NCBI GenBank assembly: GCA_947628215.1
Contig: CANQYZ010000006.1
Location: 2,924 to 66,923, forward strand
Length of the DNA stretch: 64,000 nt
Direction of reading: 5' to 3'
From: an uncultured Clostridia bacterium
GTDB lineage: Bacteria; Bacillota; Clostridia; TANB77; CAG-508
In this document: piece after piece, positions 31,710 through 44,228 of the stretch
How the letters are laid out: every line of letters begins with the position of its first letter
How positions within the stretch are numbered: position 1 is the first letter of the stretch
The notes under the pieces: generated by a model
Database searches by the model: none
Told to the model about the DNA's origin: nothing
Seen by the model: the letters and a program-made list of their open reading frames with translations, nothing else
Made by a program: the position numbers and the translations under genes

Positions 31710-32999
31710 TTAAGATACTAAACAATCATTTTCAGCTTTTGATATTTTAACATTACATATTCTGTTTAAATCATCTGTATTTCTTTTTGCTTTAACTAAT
31801 ATATAATTTTGAGTATGTCCTTTTAAATATCCATTATCCTCTTCTTCAAATAAAACATCTAATTTTTTTCCAATTAAAGCATCTAAATATTCTTTTTCAT
31901 TTTTATTTGATAATTCTATTAATCTATGACTCCTTATTTCTTTTATTTCAGGAGATATTTGATTTTCCATCTTAGAAGCAACTGTACCTTTTCTTTGAGA
32001 ATATTTAAACACATGCATTTTGTAAAACTTTACTTCTTCTAAGAATTTATAAGTTTTTTCAAAGTCTTCATCTGTTTCATTTGGAAATCCTACTATAATA
32101 TCTGTTGTAAGAATTACATCATCATATATGCTTCTTAATCTATCTACAACCTCTTTAAATTCTTTACATGTATATTTTCTATTCATCTCTTTTAATGTTT
32201 TATCACATCCACTTTGAAGAGATAAATGGAAATGATGACATAATTTACTTAAGTCTTTAATTCTTTTTGCAAATTCATCTGTAATTAGTGTTGGCTCTAG
32301 AGAACCAAGTCTTATTCTCTCTATCTTATCAATTTTTTCTATATCTTCTAATAGATCAATTAATTTATATTCTTCTTTAAAATCTTTTCCATATGATGCA
32401 ATATGTATTCCAGTAAGAACTACTTCTTTTATTCCTCTATTTCCAATCTCTTCAATTTCTTTTAAAATGTTTTCTTTTTTTCTACTTATAATTCTTCCTC
32501 TTGCATAAGGAATAATACAATAAGAGCAAAAATTATTGCATCCATCTTGAATTTTTATAACAGCTCTCGTTTTTTCTGTATAAGTTACAGTTCCAAACTC
32601 CATATATTCATTTTCATTATTTTCTTCTTTTTTCTCCACTTTCTTATTTTCAAGTAAGCTATCTATGTATAAATCAATATATTGTTTTTGTTTATTTCCC
32701 AGGCTTAAATCTACTTCATCTATCTTTTCTAATTCATCTTTTGCAACTTCTGCATAGCATCCGATTGCAATTATAAAAGCATTTTTATTTAAAGATTTAC
32801 ATCTTCTTAAAAGTTGTCTAGATTTTCTATCAGACATATTAGTAACTGTACATGTATTTATAATATAAACATCTGCAGATTTAGTATTTTCTACTATTTC
32901 ATATTTTTCACTTAATTTTTGTATCATTGCATTTGTTTCATATTGATTTACTTTACATCCTAAAGTTACAAATGCAATCTTCTTTTTTCCTTTTTCCAT
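31710..32999 (-). CDS. mtaB: radical-SAM methylthiotransferase, MiaB/MtaB family
   Basis: N-terminal Cys triad (TLGCKVNQYE...NTCTVT...GCY), the radical SAM motif CNNFCSYC and a TRAM-like C-terminus. Confidence 0.85.
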   Translation of the reverse strand: MEKGKKKIAFVTLGCKVNQYETNAMIQKLSEKYEIVENTKSADVYIINTCTVTNMSDRKSRQLLRRCKSLNKNAFIIAIGCYAEVAKDELEKIDEVDLSLGNKQKQYIDLYIDSLLENKKVEKKEENNENEYMEFGTVTYTEKTRAVIKIQDGCNNFCSYCIIPYARGRIISRKKENILKEIEEIGNRGIKEVVLTGIHIASYGKDFKEEYKLIDLLEDIEKIDKIERIRLGSLEPTLITDEFAKRIKDLSKLCHHFHLSLQSGCDKTLKEMNRKYTCKEFKEVVDRLRSIYDDVILTTDIIVGFPNETDEDFEKTYKFLEEVKFYKMHVFKYSQRKGTVASKMENQISPEIKEIRSHRLIELSNKNEKEYLDALIGKKLDVLFEEEDNGYLKGHTQNYILVKAKRNTDDLNRICNVKISKAENDCLVS

Positions 33000-33146
33000 T
33001 TTCTTCTCTTTCTTTATTTTAACTTTTATTCTTACTTGCTTTTTCTAATTATACTTCTTAAAGTTCTATGTTTATTTCTTATAATTATATATTTTACCAC
33101 AAAACAATACCCTTAGAAAACAATATAATTATTCTAAGGGTACTTT

Positions 33147-34136
33147 TTATTTTCTATCGATTGAATCTAAATTATCTAATGCCTTTCCTGTTCCAAGAGC
33201 AACACATGATACAGCATCTTCTGCTATCATAACATTTATTCCTGTTTTTTCTTGAAGAAGTTTATCTAATCCATCTATTAAACATCCTCCACCTGTCATA
33301 TAAATTCCTTTATCACTAATATCTGCTGCAAGTTCTGGTGGTGTTTTTTCAAGAACTGAATGAACTGCATCTACTATTAAGCTTGCAGGTTCATCTAATG
33401 CTTCCATCATCTCACTAGAATGTATTGTTAGTGTTTTTGGAAGTCCTGTAATTAAGTCTCTTCCTCTTATATCCATTTCCATATCTTGAATTTTTGGATA
33501 GACACAACCTACATTTACTTTAAGTTCTTCTGCTGTTCTTTCTCCTATCATAACATTATATTTTTTCTTTATATATCTTACTATTGCTTCATCAAATTTA
33601 TCTCCTGCTACTTTTATTGAAGTACTTACAACTGATCCTCCAAGTGAAATTACTGCAATATCTGTTGTTCCTCCTCCAATATCTACAATCATATTTCCAG
33701 AAGGTTTTGAAATATCTATTCCAGCACCTATTGCAGCTGCTATTGGTTCTTCTATTAAGTAAACTTTTCTAGCACCTGCATTTGATGCAGCATCTATTAC
33801 AGCTTTTTTCTCAACTTCAGTAACTAATGAAGGAATACAAATCATTATTCTTGGTGCAAATAAAAACCTTCCACCTATCTTACTTATAAAGTGCTTAAGC
33901 ATCTTTTCTGTTACTGTATAGTCTGATATAACACCATCTCTAAGTGGTCTTGTAGCAACTATATTTCCTGGTGTTCTTCCTAGCATCTTTCTAGCTTCTT
34001 GTCCTACTGCTAAAACTTCTCCAGTGTTGTTATTTACAGCAACTACTGATGGTTCTCTAAGTACTATTCCTTTTCCTTTTACATATGCAATTACAGTAGC
34101 CGTACCTAAATCAATTCCAATATCTTGTCCAAACAT
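33147..34136 (-). CDS. mreB: rod shape-determining protein MreB
   Basis: DIGIDLGTA and DIGGGTTDIAV actin-fold motifs. ATG at 34136 after GGGAG. Confidence 0.95.
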   Translation of the reverse strand: MFGQDIGIDLGTATVIAYVKGKGIVLREPSVVAVNNNTGEVLAVGQEARKMLGRTPGNIVATRPLRDGVISDYTVTEKMLKHFISKIGGRFLFAPRIMICIPSLVTEVEKKAVIDAASNAGARKVYLIEEPIAAAIGAGIDISKPSGNMIVDIGGGTTDIAVISLGGSVVSTSIKVAGDKFDEAIVRYIKKKYNVMIGERTAEELKVNVGCVYPKIQDMEMDIRGRDLITGLPKTLTIHSSEMMEALDEPASLIVDAVHSVLEKTPPELAADISDKGIYMTGGGCLIDGLDKLLQEKTGINVMIAEDAVSCVALGTGKALDNLDSIDRK

Positions 34137-34357
34137 CAGTATCTCCCTCTCTCTTTTCACAGTCTATTACAAATCCATTACGATTATATTACACATTGCT
34201 TAAAATTTCAATCTTTTTATTGATTTATTTTATATTTACTTTATTTACAAAAAATAATGATTTTATACTAATTTTTGAAATTTACATAACTATTGATTTT
34301 TAAAGCATTTCGTGAGATAATATGTACGCAAAATAATAAAAAAAGGAGCACATAAAA

Positions 34358-36725
34358 ATGAATAACAGCTTAAATATTTTAGAATTTAATAAAATAACAT
34401 CTATTCTTTCAAAATATGCTATAACAGAAATCGGAAAAAGAAATTGTGAAAATCTTATTCCTTTTTATGATGAAAAAGAAGTCTTAAAAGCTCAAAGTGA
34501 AACTACAGAAGCTTTAGTTTTACTATTTAGAAAAGGAGATTCTCCAATTTTTGAAATAGATGATATTACTCCTTATATTTTGCTTTTAGAAAAAAATACG
34601 TTTTTATCTGCTAAAAGTCTTTTATCACTTGCAAATGTATTAAAATTATCAAGACTTTTGAAAGAATACTACTTTGAAAATCCATTAAATGAAACAGATT
34701 GCTTAAGTAGCTATTTTAATAATTTATATACAAATGAAAGAATTGAAAAATCTATATTTAATGCTATAGAAGATGAAAATACTATTTTAGATTCAGCGTC
34801 TACTACTCTTGCAAATATAAGAAGAGAAATTAGAAAAACAAATAATGATGCAAAAAATAAATTACAATCTCTTCTTAGCTCAAAATATTTGCAAGAACCA
34901 ATTATAACTATAAAAAATAATAGATATGTTGTACCAGTAAAATCTGAATATAGAAATGAAATAAATGGTTTTGTACATGATATATCTACTAGTGGATCTA
35001 CAGTATTTATCGAGCCAATGAGTGTATTTGAACTAAATAACAAATTATCATCTTTAAAAAATGATGAACTAATAGAAATAAAAAAAATACTTCAAAAGTT
35101 ATCATCTCTATTTTTTGATATAACAAATGAAATCAAAAATACGTATAATTTAATTGGTTTAATAGACTTTATTTTTGCAAAAGGTAAATATTCTAGAGAA
35201 ATAAATGGAATAAGTCCTATTATTTCAAAAGAAAAAGAAATTAATTTAATAGATGCAAAACATCCATTAATAGATAAAGAAAAAGTAGTACCAATTTCTA
35301 TTGTAATTGGAAGTTCTTATAATTCATTAGTAATAACCGGACCAAATACTGGTGGAAAAACAGTAGCACTTAAAACTTGTGGACTTCTTTGTGAAATGGC
35401 AATGGCTGGTCTTCATATTCCAGCAAAAGAAAGTAGCAAAATATATGTATTTGATAATGTTTTTGCTGATATTGGTGATGAACAAAGCATTCAAGAATCA
35501 TTAAGTACATTTTCATCACATATGTTAAATATTGTAGAAATACTAAATAAAGCAACTAAAAATAGCTTAATACTATTAGATGAACTAGGATCAGGAACAG
35601 ATCCAACTGAAGGAGCAGCTCTTGCAATTAGTATTTTAGAATATTTTTCTAAAAATGATATACTTACAATTTCTACAACACATTATTCAGAACTTAAAAA
35701 CTATGCTTTAGTTACAGATAATTTTGAAAATGCAAGCTGTGAATTTGATATAAATACTCTATCACCTACCTATAGATTAGTACTTGGTGTTCCTCGGAAA
35801 AAGTAATGCTTTTGCTATTAGTAAAAAATTAGGACTTAGTGAAAATTTAATTATAAGAGCAAAATCTCTTTTATCTGAAGATACTATTAACATAGAAGAA
35901 TTATTAAAAAATATATATGATGATAAAGTTTTAATTGAAAAAGAAAAAGAAAAAATCTTAGAAGATTCTAAAAGAATAGAAAAATTAAAAACATCTCTAC
36001 AAAATGAAAAAGATGACATTTCTTCAAAGAAAACTGAAATTATATCTAAAGCAAAATCTGAAGCAAAAGATATTTTATTAGATGCAAAAGAAGATGCTAA
36101 AAATATTTTAAAAGAAATGGAAAATTCTAAAGATTCTAAAAAAATAAATAACTTACGAAATACTTTAAATGAAAAACTAAATTCATATTCAGAAGTAGAA
36201 GAATCAAAAGAAATACAAGAGCCAATTTCAAAAGATAAAGCAGTAATTGGTCAAAATGTATTTATTCCATCTTTAAATAAATATGGATGTATAATTTCAA
36301 ATGTAAATAGTTCTAATAAAGTAATGATCCAAATTGGAAATATGAAAGCAAGCTTTGAAATAAGTAAACTTGTTTTAAGTGAAAATAATGAGAAAAGTTC
36401 TAAAGTACAAGATGCAAAAGTAAAAAATAATTTAAGTGAAACATCTTATAAAAATAGAAGCGAATACTCTCCAAGAAATGTTTTAACAGAAATAAATGTA
36501 ATTGGATATAACATTGAAGAAGCAATTTACGTTATAGATAAATTTTTAGATAATGCGGCTTTATCAAAACTTGAATTTGTAAGAATAGTTCATGGTAAAG
36601 GAACTGGAATTTTAGGAAAAGGAGTCCAAAAATATCTAAAAAACCATCCTCATGTATTAAGCTACAGATATGGAACTTTTGGTGAAGGTGAAATGGGAGT
36701 TACAGTAGTAGAAATAAAAAGATAA
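34358..36725 (+). CDS. mutS2: endonuclease MutS2 (Smr domain), frame interrupted at C-GGA 35795
   Basis: Walker A GPNTGGKT. The junction reads RLVLGVP-G-KSNAFAISKKLG. C-terminal Smr domain. Repaired length is 2367 nt. Confidence 0.9.
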
Positions 36726-36780
36726 AAAAATAAAACACTAATTCAAAAATGAAATGAACTAGTGTTTTTTTATTTTAAAA

Positions 36781-37434
36781 TTAAATCTTTCTAAACACTC
36801 CCGCTACTTTTCCAAGTATTTCACAGTTTGGAACTATTATAGGATCCATAGTAGAATTTTGAGGTTGTAATCTTATATGATCTTTCTCTTTATAAAAAGT
36901 CTTTACAGTAGCTTCATCACCAATTAAAGCAACTACTATTTCTCCATTATTTGTAGTATTTTGTCTTTTAACTAAAATGTAGTCTCCATCTAAAATACCG
37001 GCCTCTATCATACTTTCTCCTCTTACAGTTAGCATAAAGCTTTCAAAATTTCCAACAAAATCTACTGGAATTGGGAAAGTATCTGTTATATTTTCAACTG
37101 CTAGAATAGGTTCTCCAGCAGTAATTTTTCCGATTACTGGTACATCTACTAATTCTTTACCATTATAAAATGGTTTATCTAATCTTTCTTGTCCTTCTGG
37201 AATTCCGCCCTTTAGAAGTTTTAAAGTTCTTCCTTTTTGTGATTCTTTTTTAATAAATCCTTTTTTCTCTAATTGATTTAAATATCCATGAACTGTTGCT
37301 GTTGATCTTAATCCAACAGCTTTTCCTATTTCTCTTACAGATGGTGGATATCCCTTGTTTGATATTTGTTTTTCTATAAATTTAAGAATCTCTCTTTCTC
37401 TTTTATTTAAGCCATCTTTATCCTTTTTTATCAT
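36781..37434 (-). CDS. lexA: LexA repressor
   Basis: Winged-helix N-terminus, an AG cleavage site (ITAGEPI) and S24 peptidase residues (GESM...VKR). Confidence 0.95.
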   Translation of the reverse strand: MIKKDKDGLNKREREILKFIEKQISNKGYPPSVREIGKAVGLRSTATVHGYLNQLEKKGFIKKESQKGRTLKLLKGGIPEGQERLDKPFYNGKELVDVPVIGKITAGEPILAVENITDTFPIPVDFVGNFESFMLTVRGESMIEAGILDGDYILVKRQNTTNNGEIVVALIGDEATVKTFYKEKDHIRLQPQNSTMDPIIVPNCEILGKVAGVFRKI

Positions 37435-37505
37435 TGATTTACCAACTCCTATAATATAATTTTAAATTATTTAAAATGATAGTATCATAAAAACTTTTGG
37501 TTGTC

Positions 37506-37517
37506 AAACAAAAGTTT
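37506..37517. promoter_or_regulatory. putative SOS (LexA) operator AAAC-N4-GTTT at the lexA promoter
   Basis: The palindrome aaacaaaagttt abuts the -35 of a TTGACA-N17-TACTAT promoter on the minus strand. Confidence 0.45.
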
Positions 37518-37642
37518 TGTAAATTTTATGTTTTATTGTTACGAAAATGTTATTCAAACTTAATATATTTTTTCTTTAATTTGTTGAAAAAGATTTTTTT
37601 TATGAATATAATGTTGATATATAAAGTTTAGAGGAGAAAAAG

Positions 37643-38452
37643 ATGAATTTTACTAAAGATATTTATTTAAATACAGATAAAATCTGTGAAAATACTAGTC
37701 TTATTATCTTATACAGTGGTAGTCTTACAAAACAAAGTGATAATAAAATATATCTTTGTTATGGATATAATGATACTTGGGATAGAAAAGATGAAGTAAG
37801 ACTTAAGAAAACAGAAAATGGATACCTTGGAGTAATTAGAGTTTCTGCTGGAAGTACTTTTCAATTTGTATTTAGAGACGGAAATAATAATTATGATAAC
37901 AATAATTCATCAAACTATATACTTCCTATTACTGAAAAAGAAGATACTATTTTAGAATTTGGTCCTAACGAAACTGAATCTAGTGTAGAAGATTCTGAAA
38001 AATCTAAAGACATATTAGGAGCATCTGTATATTCCTCTGACTCTGTTGAATTTGACAATACATATTCTGTTCAAAATTCAACTATTCCTGAAAATACTTT
38101 AGTAAATAAATTAAGTTATGACTCATTTACTAATACTTACTTTGTAAAAAAAGAAATTATAAAAGAACATACTTCTCTAATAAATGATATAGACGACGAA
38201 TTTGAAAATATCTTAGAAATGAATAAAAAAGAAGTAGCTGTAGAAAAAGGATTTAGTAATGCTATACCAAAAGTTTCAGAAACTCCTGATTTTGATTCAA
38301 GTGTTACTTCAATGGCTATGGTAAAATCAAAAGTAACAAAACCTACAAAGAGATCTTCTTTATATATTTTAAGAAAACGTATTAAACTTGCTATGATTAA
38401 ATTATCAAAGCTTTTAAAATCAGCTTTAAATTACGGTGAGAATAATAATTAA
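37643..38452 (+). CDS. hypothetical protein with an N-terminal carbohydrate-binding-module-like domain
   Basis: 269 aa with a GGAG RBS. The CBM-like pattern is YLCYGYN..W......L......Y.GVI.V....F.FVFRDG.NNYDNN. Confidence 0.5.
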   Translation: MNFTKDIYLNTDKICENTSLIILYSGSLTKQSDNKIYLCYGYNDTWDRKDEVRLKKTENGYLGVIRVSAGSTFQFVFRDGNNNYDNNNSSNYILPITEKEDTILEFGPNETESSVEDSEKSKDILGASVYSSDSVEFDNTYSVQNSTIPENTLVNKLSYDSFTNTYFVKKEIIKEHTSLINDIDDEFENILEMNKKEVAVEKGFSNAIPKVSETPDFDSSVTSMAMVKSKVTKPTKRSSLYILRKRIKLAMIKLSKLLKSALNYGENNN

Positions 38453-38512
38453 AATAAAAAATAAGCAGACTAAATAAAAATCTAGTCTGCTTTTATTTTT
38501 ATATTTATACTT

Positions 38513-39797
<1,285 letters not shown>

Positions 39798-40814
39798 CTA
39801 TTTTTCATCATAATAGTCTAGCATCATAGCTTTCTTTATCTTTTTCATAGTTTCTTTTGCAGTTTTTCTTGCCTTATTTGTTCCTTCTCTTAAAATTTCA
39901 TCAACCTCTTCTATATGAGCTTCATAATATGCTCTTTTTTCTCTTATAGGTTTTAGTGTATCAGAAATATTTTTAGCAAGTTCTTTTTTACAAGCTACGC
40001 ATCCTCTTTTACCTTCTCTACATTCAGAACATATCTTTTTACATTCTTCTTTATCTGTAAATAAATCATGATAATATGCTACCATACATATATCAGGATT
40101 TCCTTTATCATCTTTTTTTATTCTTCCTGGATCTGTAACAGCACTCATTACTTTTTTATTTATCTCTTCTTCTGAATCTGATAAATAAATAGCATTTCCT
40201 AGAGATTTACCCATTTTTTCATTTCCATCTAATCCTTTTATTCTTTTTGTATTAGAAAGTATTGCCTCTGGTTCTACTAAAACATCACCATATACACTAT
40301 TAAATTTTCTAACTATTTCTCTACATTGTTCTATAAGTGGAAGCTGATCTTCTCCAACTGGAACTAAAGCTCCCTCAAAAGTTGTAATATCTGCAGCTTG
40401 GCTTACTGGATATCCTAAAAATCCATAAGTTACACTTTCTCCAAAAAGTTCTTTCTTTTGCTCTATTTCTGTCTTTACGGTTGGATTTCTTTGAAGTCTA
40501 GCTATAGTTACAAAATTTGAATAAAATACTGTAAGTTCTGCTGTTTCTGGTATCATTGATTGAATATATATAGTAGTTTTTTTAGGATCAATTCCTACTG
40601 ATAAATAATCTATAGCAACTTCTCTTACATTTTTTCTAACTTTTTCTGGATTATTAAAGTTATCTGTTAAAGCTTGAACATCAGCAATTAGAATATAAGG
40701 TTCATACTCATCACTTTCTTGAAGTTCTAATCTTTTCTTTAAAGATCCAAAATAATGTCCTATATGTAATTTTCCTGTTGGTCTATCTCCAGTTAATATT
40801 CTTTTCTTTTCCAT
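39798..40814 (-). CDS. trpS: tryptophan--tRNA ligase
   Basis: HIGHYFG (HIGH) and KMGKS (KMSKS) motifs. Confidence 0.95.
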   Translation of the reverse strand: MEKKRILTGDRPTGKLHIGHYFGSLKKRLELQESDEYEPYILIADVQALTDNFNNPEKVRKNVREVAIDYLSVGIDPKKTTIYIQSMIPETAELTVFYSNFVTIARLQRNPTVKTEIEQKKELFGESVTYGFLGYPVSQAADITTFEGALVPVGEDQLPLIEQCREIVRKFNSVYGDVLVEPEAILSNTKRIKGLDGNEKMGKSLGNAIYLSDSEEEINKKVMSAVTDPGRIKKDDKGNPDICMVAYYHDLFTDKEECKKICSECREGKRGCVACKKELAKNISDTLKPIREKRAYYEAHIEEVDEILREGTNKARKTAKETMKKIKKAMMLDYYDEK

Positions 40815-41036
40815 AATTTATATTCTCCTTTTAAATTTTTATTTTTTAATTTAAAAGTTACTTTGCCATCGTTTATCTTTTATTTTTCTAAATAGTATTT
40901 TCATTTCTATCCTCCAATTTTAACTATTATATTATACTTTATTTTCTAGGATTTTACAATATGATATTATCTCTCATTTAATTTTAAAATTTTTAAAATT
41001 AAAAAAATCTCCAGATAATTTTCTGGAGATAATTTT

Positions 41037-41549
41037 TTAATTAAATAATTCTTTTATACTATTATATTCTGCTTTTATTTTCTTTATATACTCATTATTT
41101 ATTTCTATCCATTCTTCTCTTGATACTTCTTCTCTTGCTCCGCTATCAGTCACCTGTAAGTAAGTGTTCATCTCTTTATTTGTTATATTATCAAGTTCTA
41201 CAAAACTTACCTTTTTTCCTACAGAAATATTAGTTGGTGCCCCAAGTAAGAAAATATAGTTTTCTTCGTCATTTTCTAAATTATGAAATTCTATTGTAGT
41301 TCTATCTAAAACATTTTCGTATATAAACTCAGGCATAGAAAAAATCTTCTTTTTTGTTACTGTTATTTTTGTTCGTACACCATTTTTATTTCCTATATAA
41401 AAAGATTCTTGTTTTGTATATCCATTCGTTTTTAGTATTTTTGAAAATTTTGCTTGATTTACAAAAAATGATACTATTGGAACTAAAACAATAATAACTA
41501 TAAGAATAATAATGATACTAAATAATGACACAATTATTTTCTTTTTCAT
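41037..41549 (-). CDS. hypothetical membrane-anchored protein (170 aa)
   Basis: Single N-terminal TM segment. Followed by the terminator ATCTCCAG-N8-CTGGAGAT plus a T-run (about 41000..41035). Confidence 0.55.
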   Translation of the reverse strand: MKKKIIVSLFSIIIILIVIIVLVPIVSFFVNQAKFSKILKTNGYTKQESFYIGNKNGVRTKITVTKKKIFSMPEFIYENVLDRTTIEFHNLENDEENYIFLLGAPTNISVGKKVSFVELDNITNKEMNTYLQVTDSGAREEVSREEWIEINNEYIKKIKAEYNSIKELFN

Positions 41550-41664
41550 TAACTTCTTCCCTTTCTAATGATTTTTCTTTAGTTTAAAGCTCAAAATTAA
41601 TCCTATAAATCTTGTACCATATATGTAAAAAATGTCAATTTAATACATACGTTTTTTAAAAAAG

Positions 41665-41696
41665 ATAAAAAATAGATCCCCCTTCTTAGGGAGACC
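41665..41696 (-). terminator. terminator of cassette 3 (overlaps the stop codon)
   Basis: Minus strand reads TCTCCC-TAAGAA-GGGGGA, then TCTATTTTTT. Confidence 0.5.
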
Positions 41697-41916
41697 CATT
41701 TTTGTTTACTTTCTCAAAATAATCACATATAGCTTTTCTTAAGATTTGACAGTTTTGGTCATTGTCGAACTCTGGATCAAACAAAAGATTTTGAAACGCT
41801 CTTCCTAATATCCTAAGCTGTGTTGACTTTACAAGCCCATCAGGATTTACCAGATACTCATACTCTGAACTTCTGTCTTTTTCTACAGTTACCTCGAGAA
41901 TCTCAACTTTTGCCAT
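41686..41916 (-). CDS. orphan small protein (76 aa) in cassette 3
   Basis: ATG at 41916 preceded by an AGGAAGGACGG RBS. The longer track ORF start (41973) lies inside the promoter. G+C is moderately raised. Confidence 0.6.
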   Translation of the reverse strand: MAKVEILEVTVEKDRSSEYEYLVNPDGLVKSTQLRILGRAFQNLLFDPEFDNDQNCQILRKAICDYFEKVNKNGSP

Positions 41917-41975
41917 ACTTTTACCGTCCTTCCTTATGAAACAACACAAGTACTTATTAACTACAAATCTCAATG

Positions 41976-42004
41976 ATTATATAAAATTATAAATTCCAAG
42001 TCAA
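41976..42004 (-). promoter_or_regulatory. promoter of cassette 3 (TTGACT-N17-TATAAT)
   Basis: Read on the minus strand, starting 8 nt after the glyQS stop. Confidence 0.5.
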
Positions 42005-42011
42005 ACATTTT

Positions 42012-43397
42012 TTAAAATTCTATTTTTTCTTCTATCCATTTTTCTAATTCATCTATTTTTACTCTTACTTGTTCCATTGTATCTCTGTCTCTTATTGTTA
42101 CTGAATCATCTTCTAAAGTATCAAAATCTATTGTAACACAATATGGAGTTCCAATTTCATCTTCTCTTCTATATCTCTTTCCAATGCTTCCAGCCTCATC
42201 ATAATCGCACATAAATTTCTTAGATAATCTATCATATACTTCTTCTGCTTTTTCACTTAATTTCTTAGAAAGTGGAAGAACAGCAACTTTATATGGTGCT
42301 AAAGCAGGATGTAAATGAAGAACTATTCTTGTATCATCATCTGCTATTTTTTCTTCTTCATAGCTATTACATAAGAATGCAAGTGTTACTCTATCTGCTC
42401 CAAGAGATGGTTCTATACAGTATGGTACATATTTTTCATTAGTCTCAGTATCTAAATAGCTTAAATCTTCTTTAGAATGTTCCATATGTCTTGATAAATC
42501 ATAATCTGTTCTATCAGCAATACCCCAAAGTTCGCCCCATCCAAATGGGAATGCAAACTCTATATCTGTTGTAGCTTTACTATAAAATACTAATTCTTCA
42601 GGAGAATGATCTCTTAGTCTAATATTTTTCTCATCCATTCCAAGACTAAGTAGGAATTTTTTACTAAATTCTCTCCAATAATCAAACCATTCTAAATCTG
42701 TTCCTGGTTTACAGAAAAATTCAAGTTCCATTTGTTCAAATTCTCTTGTTCTAAAAGTAAAGTTTCCTGGTGTAATTTCATTTCTAAAAGCTTTTCCAAT
42801 TTGTGCTATACCCATTGGTAACTTTCTTCTAGTTGTTCTTAATACATTTTTAAAGTTTACAAATATACCTTGAGCTGTTTCTGGTCTTAAAAAGATTTCT
42901 GATTTTGAGTCTTCTGTTACACCTTGAAATGTTTTAAACATTAAATTAAATTTTCTTATATCTGTAAAATTGTGCTTTCCACAATTTGGACAGCAAATAT
43001 TGTTATCATCTAAGAATTTTATCATCTCTTCATCTGACATTCCATCTGCTATCATATCTTTTCCATTATCATGAGCCCATTCTTCTATAAGTTTATCTGC
43101 TCTGTGTCTTGTTTTACACTCTTTGCAGTCAATAAGTGGGTCTGAAAATCCTCCTACGTGTCCTGATGCAACCCAAGTCTCTGGATTCATAAGTATTGCT
43201 GCATCTAATCCAACATTATACTTACTTTCTTGAATAAATTTCTTCATCCATGCTTTCTTTACGTTATTCTTTAGCTCTACTCCTAAAGGACCATAATCCC
43301 AAGTATTAGCTAAACCTCCATAAATTTCTGATCCAGGATAAATATATCCTCTTGATTTGCATAGTGATACCATTTTCTCCATTGAATCTACTGACAT
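42012..43397 (-). CDS. glyQS: glycine--tRNA ligase (homodimeric class II GlyQS type)
   Basis: [20 protein letters not shown] and class II motifs. Confidence 0.95.
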   Translation of the reverse strand: MSVDSMEKMVSLCKSRGYIYPGSEIYGGLANTWDYGPLGVELKNNVKKAWMKKFIQESKYNVGLDAAILMNPETWVASGHVGGFSDPLIDCKECKTRHRADKLIEEWAHDNGKDMIADGMSDEEMIKFLDDNNICCPNCGKHNFTDIRKFNLMFKTFQGVTEDSKSEIFLRPETAQGIFVNFKNVLRTTRRKLPMGIAQIGKAFRNEITPGNFTFRTREFEQMELEFFCKPGTDLEWFDYWREFSKKFLLSLGMDEKNIRLRDHSPEELVFYSKATTDIEFAFPFGWGELWGIADRTDYDLSRHMEHSKEDLSYLDTETNEKYVPYCIEPSLGADRVTLAFLCNSYEEEKIADDDTRIVLHLHPALAPYKVAVLPLSKKLSEKAEEVYDRLSKKFMCDYDEAGSIGKRYRREDEIGTPYCVTIDFDTLEDDSVTIRDRDTMEQVRVKIDELEKWIEEKIEF

Positions 43398-43424
43398 AAA
43401 AATTCCTCCTTTATTTTAGCTAGA

Positions 43425-43640
43425 GATACAAAAAAACTTTCGTATCTAGCTTTAATTTAGCTAGGGACGAAAGTTTATATTCCGCGGTTCCACCCTATTT
43501 GGTTTATTATTATAACCCACCTTAATTTTAAGTTGCTCCAAAGTTCCATCCTATATGTCTATGGCTAAGCTTTCACCTAATCTTAGCTCTCTTTTTTCAT
43601 ATCCAATATATTCATTCTTTTTCAACGCAACGTATTTATA
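43425..43640 (-). promoter_or_regulatory. T-box leader of glyQS (apparent specifier GGA)
   Basis: The minus strand carries the AGAGAG box, GGTGAAAGC and the T-box AATAGGGTGGAACCGCGG, then the terminator AAACTTTCGTCCCTAGC...GCTAGATACGAAAGTTTTTTT. The promoter TTGACA-N17-TAAAAT is at 43678..43650. Confidence 0.85.
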
Positions 43641-43891
43641 ATAAATATTATTTTAAAACTTTTTCTTATATTTGTCAAACTATACTTGAAAAAAATTTCA
43701 AATCACAAACTTAAAAATTTTTAGCTTGTGCATAAATATTAAAATCATCTATTTTCAGGCACTTTTTAATCGCTTTTTTGTTCGTATGTTTTATTTTTGT
43801 AATATGTATACCTTGATATTTCAATACTTTCAGAGTTTACTTCTACATTATGTAATCTAATTATTGGATTTTCTTTACAATAATATTTCAC

Positions 43892-43959
43892 TGTGGATAA
43901 TGTGGATAACTCTGTGAATAACTAATATATTCGACATTTTTTAACTTAATTTATTCACA
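43892..43959. promoter_or_regulatory. cluster of four DnaA-box-like 9-mers
   Basis: TGTGGATAA at 43892-43900 and 43901-43909 are perfect complements of TTATCCACA. TGTGAATAA at 43913-43921 and TTATTCACA at 43951-43959 each have one mismatch. Confidence 0.6.
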
Positions 43960-44228
43960 CTCAATTGTGATTACTTTTTACTAGTTTACAGAAAATACTT
44001 TATTATTCTCAATTATGTTTATAGTAACTTTGTTTGCTGTAAATTTTTCTTTCATTTCATTTCCAAGCATTATCGACTTTTTTAGACATTTTGTGCATTT
44101 TTTAAAAAATTTTTATTTTATTTTTCTATATTATTTTTTCATAATATCTTTTACATAAAATAATATAAAAAAAGAATGCAAATTAAAAATAAAATGCATT
44201 CTTAAAAAAATTATAATCTATATTAATT

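Noticed and set aside
40815-41036. An expected T-box leader upstream of trpS.
   Set aside because: There is no GGGTGGTACCGCG-like T-box sequence or antiterminator/terminator pair in the spacer. It holds only the upstream gene's terminator and an AT-rich promoter region.
43660-44228. Calling the glyQS-greA spacer the chromosomal origin (oriC).
   Set aside because: It holds only four DnaA boxes in 68 bp. There is no dnaA, dnaN or rpmH nearby, and I could not define an unwinding element with confidence. I report it as a DnaA-box cluster only.
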